Of a stretch of DNA of 64,000 bases, positions 56,471 to 64,000 are shown in pieces. The notes beneath the pieces are model-generated. The model did no database searches. It saw nothing but the letters and a program-made list of their open reading frames with translations, and was not told the origin of the DNA. Each line of letters opens with the position of its first letter. The first letter of the stretch is position 1. The stretch is taken from the NCBI GenBank assembly GCA_002269645.1, contig NIVC01000221.1:682001-746000 (forward strand), read 5' to 3'. Both the position numbers and the translations under genes were made by a program. Origin of the DNA: Macrostomum lignano. Lineage: Eukaryota.

Positions 56471-57527
56471 CGGGTAGAGTGGTAGACAGACAGATCGATT
56501 GGTTGATTGGTAGAGAAGAGCAAACCTTCTTAGCTCTCTGGCTCTTCTCAGTTCTCTTCTATCCTCTTTTTCCTCCTCTTATCTTCTCTCCTCGCCTCTC
56601 CTCTTCTCTTCCTCCTCTCCTTTCCTCTCTTATCTCGCCTCTCCTCTCCTACGAGTATTTCCATATTTAATCTTTCCTCTTATCCCTCATTTATTTCCTC
56701 TCATTTCCCTTTCTCACCTGGCTCGCAGCCATGAGCTTGAATTCTTTATCTGGTCCTTGAGATAAAGAAATTTTGCCGCCCTTGGATTGGACCAACACAC
56801 GATGCTACAAGGGTTGCTATTGTCACTATAAATCATTAACTAAAATAGCTATTGTATAACAAATAGGAAAGCTTTTCAAAAACATTTTTAAGAAACCAGG
56901 TGCTCAGGAAGTTCATTTTTTTCTATAATAATTTTCTGTTAGTTACTACGTACATAATATTAGTTTTATCGTATTAAATGAATCGTAAACAAATATCTAC
57001 ACGAATATATTAATGACCGCAATGAATTTATTTGACACTTGCAAAGAAAGCAAATATAGCTCGTTAATAACTTAATCAGCGAAATTCGCTAAACTTTGAG
57101 CAAAAATCATACCTTTATTTTTAAGTACACTTAAAGTGCCAAAATAGTAAAGCAGTATAAAAGTAATAAGTATATAAAAATGGTGATGGCATAATGGGAT
57201 GATAGTAAGAAAGGAAATAACTATAGCTACCAAGTAATTAAACTAACCGACTTTACAGACAAAGTAAAGGAAAAAAGAATCAATTAAAAGGATAAACAAT
57301 GTTTAATAATAATTTATTGCACATCTTTTATCGTTAGGAATAAGTAAAAGAACAGTTCTGTGTACGATAAATGAGTAGAAAAATATCTACATTATATAAA
57401 TAAATGAGAACGAATATTGCAAAAATTAGCATGATTCGAGTCGTAGTGGGGGGGGTGCATATAAAACAATGAATCAGATTAAACTGGAGAATATGGAAAT
57501 ATATATTAATTTTCCATATGTACTTAA

Positions 57528-57900
57528 AATGATATTTTCTCTATAATGCACTGTTTTAATGAGATCAGAAGCGACAGCTTTAACCATAGACAGTTGTAGA
57601 CAGATGATATTTTCTCTATAATGCACTGTTTTAATGAGATCAGAAGCGACAGCTTTAACCATAGACAGTTGTAGACAGATGATATATTCTCTATAATGCA
57701 CTGTTTTAATGAGATCAGAAGCGACAGCTTTAACCATAGACAGTTGTAGACAGATGATATTTTCTCTATAATGAACTGTTTTAATGAGATCAGAAGCGAC
57801 AGCTTTAACCATAGACAGTTGTAGACAGATGATATTTTCTCTATAATGCACTGTTTTAATGAGATCAGAAGCGACAGCTTTAACCATAGACAGTTTCAGA
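57528..57900. repeat. 75-bp tandem repeat x5
   Basis: Near-identical units; the minus-strand frame repeats KAVASDLIKTVHYRENIICLQLSMV. Confidence 0.94.
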
Positions 57901-57924
57901 CAGATTAGAAAAAAACCACAACCA

Positions 57925-58207
57925 TAATGAATAATAATAATGATAATAGGAAAAATTACATCCGCTCTAAATGAAGGCTTCGTACGGCTGTTCAGTCCAA
58001 GGACTAAGGGGGGGGGTGGTTGCCACACACACACATACCCTCAATTACCCCAACTAATGCTGGCACCCATTTTACAGCTGGGTGAACTGAAGCAATGCAG
58101 AGTTAAGTGTCTTGCTCAAGGTCTTGCTTGTTTCGAGTGGGTCGAGAATCGAACCTCCGACCTTTCACTCGTGAGTCTGACGCTTTTAATCACTAGGCTA
58201 CTACCCC
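57925..58207 (-). mobile_element. tRNA-derived SINE with a CORE (MIR-like) central domain
   Basis: Minus strand: A-box TAGCCTAGTGA and B-box GGTTCGATTCT, then CCTTGAGCAAGACACTTAACTCTGCATTGCTTCAGTTCACCCAGCTGTAAAATGGG, which is collinear with the MIR core as I recall it. Ends in an (ATT)n tail near 57927-57945. Confidence 0.8.
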
Positions 58208-58270
58208 TACCATAGAACTTTGAACTACACAGAACGGGCTCGTGGCGCAAGAGTCATACAGTGCATGCTC

Positions 58271-60439
58271 TCAAATGTCGTAACTATTCGCATCGGAACT
58301 TGACTTCTCGATATTATCCGGTATGTTAGGCGTAGTGGACGTCTCATCAACAGTATCAATTGACGGATTATTGGGCTGAAATGTAGGCTGAGGCCCGTCC
58401 TTGCTATTTAAACGCCTTTTTTCTTGGTCGCTTGACTCGTTGAAGCTGCTCTGACTCCTGAGACGCGTCCATCTACGACAGACAAACCAGAATGCGATAC
58501 AAATAATAGCAGCGACTACAAGACAGAGCACCACGTATCCGATGATGTTCGAAATCGAAATATCCTGTTTTTGAATAACCGATTTAGCAAGTTTTTCGCC
58601 TTCAGTACTATTATCTACAGGATTCCGACACTGCCGCATAGCTGTGGTGTTGAAACAGGCGCGAGATTCTTTAAAAGCTGTGCACTTTTTAGCATTATAA
58701 ATTGCCATATAGTGAGTTGGACAAGGCCAGCAGGCGCAGTAAGAATCGTAATAGAAATATCCAGATTCAATTGCACAATAAACTTTTCTGATATTCTTGC
58801 AGTCATTTTGGAAGTTTTTCGGCACCTGCAATCGAAAAATTATTTAACGAGCCTATTTTTAGAGCTGAATTTTAATTCGGTCTTTTTTTATTAGAGGCAG
58901 GGGGGTTGTGTGCACCCTGGCGCACTTTAAGCGACATAGGCACACAACCGGCGAGAGGCATTACTGCCCATTCCGCCGACTCCCCTGAGCAGGCATACAA
59001 GCGCGCGGATACGTACGCAGGCACACACTCACACAGAAGTGTACAGCGGCCCACGACTTTATTTATATTTAGGCATGTACACTTCACAGTGCCTTGGGGG
59101 TTGGCTCTCAAGGCCGTTAATTGCACGAGCAGAGCCAAGCCGAGATTCCAATTCAGCCCCAAATTAATGTGACTGCACTTGGAATCGAGCCTGGGTCGCT
59201 GGCACACCAGAGCAGCTGCGCTACCGCTGGGCTACGGCTCCCCTATAATTCGGTCTTTCGCATCGCGTAAATTCTCTAAATAATGACATCTTTTCAGTCA
59301 TAAGGAGGCATCGAGGAGAGAAAAGTCACCCGAAAAAAAGTCATGTGTCGCTTCAGAGTCGTTGCAGGTAAACACAGGTAAAATCGGAAAAGAAGTGAAT
59401 CTAAAACGACTACATGTCACGGTACAATTCGTCAAATAGTGGACTCTTTAATAGTGACTCCAGGGCCTTAGAGTCGTATCTGAGGCGGGCCAGAGCCTTG
59501 CATCTGACTCACTTTATGAATTAGAATCGCACTTCGCGTTCATAAAACTCTATATTTAGTCTACTTGAGTTAGTAAAATGTCAAACACAAAAACGACTAT
59601 TAGACGACTTTTGCGACTCTTTAAAGATACGGCAACTCATGTGATATGCGCTCGTGACTCGACTTAACAGTCGCCTCTCCGTCGCATTACAGTCGTTTGA
59701 GTCGTTAAAAAGTCAAAAGAGAAGCCCGAGTCCAGGGGCGTCGCCATAGATTTTATGGTGGGGGGGGACAAAAGCCGAGAATTCTAAATGTACATTATTT
59801 CCGAATCGGTGTTGTCATTGATTTTTTTGAAACCGCAGGCACTCATTTTAGCGCCGCATGCTCTCATTTTGGCGCCGCAGGCACTCATTTTGGCGCCGCA
59901 GGCACTCATTTTGGCGCCGCAGGCACTCATTTTGGCGCCACAGGCACTCATTTTGGCGCTGCAGGCACTCATTTTGGCGCCCTGAAGCAAATTGACTATT
60001 GATTTCCATAACGGATCAACAAGGTGGGAGGGGGACAAATGGACAAGCATCGGATGTCCCCCATTGCTTCTACTGGGGGGGGCACTTGTCCCACCCCCCA
60101 GTGGCGTCAGTGCGTCCCGACATTCTTGAAAAAGTTGTTGCCGAGGATTCAATGCTAAATGGCACGAATATTCCATCACCAATGGCTCGCAATCGACGCA
60201 AATACAGTCGCCATTGTAATACTGCCGATCCAAATCGCATTCTGGCGGGAGGTAGCAATCTAACTGGTTTTTAGGCGTGTCTACAAAACATCTGGCTCGG
60301 TTGCTTGACAACAGGAACAGCTATATTATAAATAGGTCCAGTTTTGAAATTTATTCACCTTTACATCCTGCTGATCATTGCCGAAACACCGACAGATAAT
60401 AACAGCAGCGGCAATTAGCAGCTGAATTTGAAGATGCAT
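58271..60439 (-). CDS. Type I membrane protein: signal peptide, two Cys-rich modules, TM helix and ~65-aa cytoplasmic tail
   Basis: Exon 60439-60359 (MHLQIQLLIAAAVIICRCFG). Exon 2 starts at 60320 or 60263; its 3' end is uncertain (phase-0 GT after 60180, or later). Terminal exon 58826-58271 follows TTGCAG and contains the TM IIGYVVLCLVVAAIICIAFWFVC-RR. Confidence 0.72.
58886..59245 (-). mobile_element. 360-bp tRNA-derived SINE with A-rich tail and 13-bp TSD, intronic
   Basis: A-box TAGCCCAGCGG, B-box-like GGCTCGATTCC and 3' TAATAAAAAAA. TSD TAATTCGGTCTTT at 58873-58885 and 59246-59258. Confidence 0.9.
59733..60112. mobile_element. Degenerate relative of the CAGGGGCG-TIR element with an internal 21-bp array (GCAGGCACTCATTTTGGCGCC)n
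   Basis: Left end CAGGGGCGTCGCCA followed by a G-run; array at 59835-59985; the right end is only loosely similar and no TSD was found. Confidence 0.55.
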
Positions 60440-61084
60440 CTGATCAGCTGATTAGGGAAGATTTAAAATAGTAAGATGCCGCTACTACTCTTAAAAGTAG
60501 TAATTCATAGCGAAATCGTATCTGAAATGAGCGACAAAGGTGGCAGATAAATTTGAAACTGATTAACTGAAAAAAACTGCGATTATCCTACTCACAAGTA
60601 GCCAAATAAAAAGTGTCAAGTCAAAAAACCGGTAAATGACTACAAAAATAGACTAAAATTTACAATCTGGCAGGTGCATGGATGTGTATTTTGTTTGAAA
60701 TGGCAACTGCTAAAAAGATAAAAATGTGGGAAAATTTCAAGTTGGCAAACTCGTCTTTTTTGCCTGAGAGATTTACCAGCGCAGTAAAACATGAACTCGC
60801 GGCACGTTAGTAAAGTGCATGGCTAAGCAGAGAATTAAAACTATTGTAAAATTTATATTTAAACTCGCAATAGACAGTTTGTCAAGGCTCTTGAGATAAA
60901 GCAGAAGTCAAACGGAATTTACACTACTAATAAGTAGAAATGTAAAAAGAAAGAAGCAAAATTTAAATATATTGTAGAATTGTTTTAACAGTTGGCATTA
61001 TCTGTAATTTTTCGTTGATTAAAAGACTATAATATATTCGTTAAAGTTTGAGTACACTAAATAAATTATTACGACAAGGAGCCT

Positions 61085-62005
61085 TCAGTCAGTCAGGCAG
61101 TCAGTCAGTCAGTCAGTCAGTCAGTCAGTCAGTCAGTCAGTCAGTCAGTCAGTCAGTCAGTCAGTCAGTCAGTCAGTCACCCACTCACTCAAGTCAGTCC
61201 AGTCAGTCAGTCAGTCAGTCAGTCAGTCAGTCAGTCAGTCAGTCAGTCAGTCAGTCAGTCAGTCAGTCAGTCAGTCAGTCAGTCAGTCACCCACTCACTC
61301 AAGTCAGTCCAGTCAGTCAGTCAGTCAGTCAGTCAGTCAGTCAGTCAGTCAGTCAGTCAGTCAGTCAGTCAGTCAGTCAGTCAGTCAGTCAGTCAGTCAG
61401 TCAGTCAGTCAGTCAGTCAGTCAGTCAGTCAGTCAGTCAGTCAGTCAGTCAGTCAGTCAGTCAGTCAGTCAGTCAGTCAGTCAGTCAGTCACCCACTCAC
61501 TCAAGTCAGTCCAGTCAGTCAGTCAGTCAGTCAGTCAGTCAGTCAGTCAGTCAGTCAGTCAGTCAGTCAGTCAGTCAGTCAGTCAGTCAGTCAGTCAGTC
61601 ACCCACTCACTCAAGTCAGTCCAGTCAGTCAGTCAGTCAGTCAGTCAGTCAGTCAGTCAGTCAGTCAGTCAGTCAGTCAGTCAGTCAGTCAGTCAGTCAG
61701 TCAGTCAGTCAGTCAGTCACCCACTCACTCAAGTCAGTCCAGTCAGTCAGTCAGTCAGTCAGTCAGTCAGTCAGTCAGTCAGTCAGTCAGTCAGTCAGTC
61801 ACCCACTCACTCAAGTCAGTCCAGTCAGTCAGTCAGTCAGTCAGTCAGTCAGTCAGTCAGTCAGTCAGTCAGTCAGTCAGTCAGTCAGTCAGTCAGTCAG
61901 TCACCCACTCACTCAAGTCAGTCCAGTCAGTCAGTCAGTCAGTCAGTCAGTCAGTCAGTCAGTCAGTCACCCACTTACTCAAGTCAGTCCAGTCAGTCAG
62001 TCACA
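61085..62005. repeat. (AGTC)n microsatellite with periodic ACCCACTCACTCAAGTCAGTCC modules
   Basis: Eight spacer modules interrupt the tetranucleotide run. Confidence 0.96.
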
Positions 62006-62419
62006 AAGCCAAACAAATAAGATTGCATTCAGTATCAACTGAAAGAAAACAATCAATAATTTCGCTAATGAAGAAAGGAATGCAAGGCAATACTGTACAA
62101 AGATACAAAGACAGATGTCTGTACATTACTAATGTCAGTGTCGGTATAACAAAATGCGTCAGTTGAATCACGCAATTACTATGAGCATGACAAAAACATT
62201 GATGACAGCTGAGTACTGTTGGCATCGGTGTAGAAAAGCAGAGACACAGAGATCTGCTTTAAAAAATCCATTGGCAGGGCAACTGATTGAAATATTACTA
62301 TAGGTCTTGTACTAGAGTACATTATTGTGGTTAGAAATATTAATTCCTACTTTATATAACTTTATTTCTATGAATATTGTCGTCTTATGCGAGATCCGGG
62401 ATATATGATAGAATAGCTT

Positions 62420-62850
62420 TGAGATTTTATGTGAAATATTAGAGATCTCAAATGAAATGTTAAAAATCTCATGAAAGATAATTAAGACTTCATATGAGAT
62501 TAGAGATCTCAAGTGAGATAAGAGATCTCATGTGAGATTAGAAATCTCATGCGGAAGATTCGAGATCTCATATGAAAGATTAGAAATCTCATGAGATATT
62601 TGAGATCTCATATGAAAGATTAGAAATCTCATGAGATATTTGAGATCTCATATGAAAGATTAGAAATCTCATGAGATATTTGAGATCTCATATGAAAGAT
62701 TAGAAATCTCATGAGCAATTAGAGACTTTATGTGAGATTAGAGATCTCATGCGAGAGATTCGAGATCTCATATGAAAGATTAGAAATCTCATGAAAGATA
62801 ATTGGGACTTCATGTGGGATTAGAGATTTCATGTAAGATTCAGAATATCA
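62420..62850. repeat. 40-bp repeat (GAGATCTCATATGAAAGATTAGAAATCTCATGAGATATTT)n with degenerate flanks
   Basis: Exact 40-bp period from 62581 to 62710. Confidence 0.9.
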
Positions 62851-63035
62851 TATGTAGGAGATTTCAGCTCAGTTTAAAGTACAAAAAGTAACCATTTCAA
62901 ATACAGCAAAAAACCTGAATGATTTAATTATTGAAAAGATAGTGAGCAGACAGAAAAACTACAAAGTCAGTCTGAGAACAATATAATAAGCGGAGCTGAT
63001 TATGCACATAAACAGACATGTCACATGATGTAGGA

Positions 63036-63372
63036 TCACACTTTTGATAGGATTTGGTCGCGGCACTTTAACCCATAAGCATTAGTAGCCGCAGGCGCCA
63101 GCATAGGCGCAGACAGATGCAGCAGGGGATTCAACTGCCTAACGATTGAGCACACGGACATGCTAGACGCTGGTATGTTTGGCGCGAGAGCCTCCGATGA
63201 GGCACCGTCTTGTACTGAGCAGTTCTCGCTTAACCACTTCGAGCAACGTTGAGCGCCTTTGGATAAATATCTGCTGGACTGGTCTGGGCACTTTATTGGC
63301 TGACAGGTTCTACAGGGGCCGTTGCAGCCGCTGTCGGTGCCCCCGGAGTGCTCCACGATGGGGGACTGCTCT
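63036..63372 (-). CDS. Candidate Cys-rich exon of an unidentified gene
   Basis: An acceptor CCACCTGCAG precedes an open GC-rich frame EQSPIVEHSGGTDSGCNGPCRTCQPIKCPDQ...RCSKWLSENC. No family recognised and no partner exons found. Confidence 0.3.
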
Positions 63373-63377
63373 CTGCA

Positions 63378-64000
63378 GGTGGGTTAATTATCAGAGATGA
63401 TTGTTATCTGACTCAGGTAGGTTAATTATCAGATATGATTGTTATCTGACTCAGGTAGGTTAATTATCAGATATGATTGTTATCTGACTCAGGTAGGTTA
63501 ATTATCAGAGATGATTGTTATATCTGACTCGGGTAGGTTAACTATCAGAGATGATTGTTATATCTGACTCAGGTAGGTTAACTATCAGAGATGATTGTTA
63601 TCTGACTCAGGTAGTTTAATTATCAGATATGATTGTTATATCTGACTCAGGTAGGTTAATTATCAGATATGATTGTTATCTGACTCAGGTAGGTTAATTA
63701 TCAGAGATGATTGTTATCTGACTCGGGTAGGTTAATTATCAGATATGATTGTTATCTGACTCAGGTAGGTTAATTATCAGATATGATTGTTATCTGACTC
63801 AGGTAGGTTAATTATCAGATACGGTTGTTATCTGACTCAGGTAGGTTAAATATCAGAGATGATTGTTATCTGACTCGGGTAGGTTAACTATCAGAGATGA
63901 TTGTTATCTGACTCGGGTAGGTTAACTATCAGAGATGTTTGTTATCTGACTCAGGTAGGTTAATTATCAGAGATGATTGTTATCTGACTCAGGTAGGTTA
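63378..64000. repeat. 38/40-bp minisatellite (GTTATCTGACTCAGGTAGGTTAATTATCAGAGATGATT)n, runs off the window end
   Basis: Read directly. Confidence 0.96.

Noticed and set aside
58141-59245. Functional tRNA genes at the two SINE heads
   Set aside because: A/B boxes are present, but they continue into SINE bodies with tails and I could not fold a complete cloverleaf.

Overview
Repeat-rich eukaryotic (invertebrate animal) genomic DNA. The short GC-rich exons and introns filled with tandem arrays resemble the flatworm Macrostomum; this is inference and was not verified. I assembled five spliced minus-strand genes by hand with phase-consistent GT-AG junctions: (1) a GRAM-domain protein with a C-terminal TM helix, 5' end not found (805-9371); (2) a secreted WSC + PAN/Apple-like protein (20810-21681); (3) a 14-exon TRPM cation channel of about 1206 aa (25024-47174); (4) a DDX49/Dbp8 DEAD-box helicase (52996-56086); (5) a type I membrane protein with two Cys-rich modules (58271-60439). 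Mobile DNA includes a full-length Ty3/Gypsy LTR element with apparently identical 173-bp LTRs and a 5-bp TSD but a broken gag-pol, two decayed RTE-like LINE fragments, two families of tRNA-derived SINE (one with a MIR/CORE-like domain), and three small TIR elements with TSDs. A large part of the window is micro- and minisatellite. The most striking structure is that most introns carry their own distinct tandem array, several beginning at a splice site, and one array is an amplification of a gene's own stop-codon region. I found no tRNA, rRNA or CRISPR, and nothing I can defend as a new multi-gene system. Most long ORFs in the supplied track are repeat artefacts.
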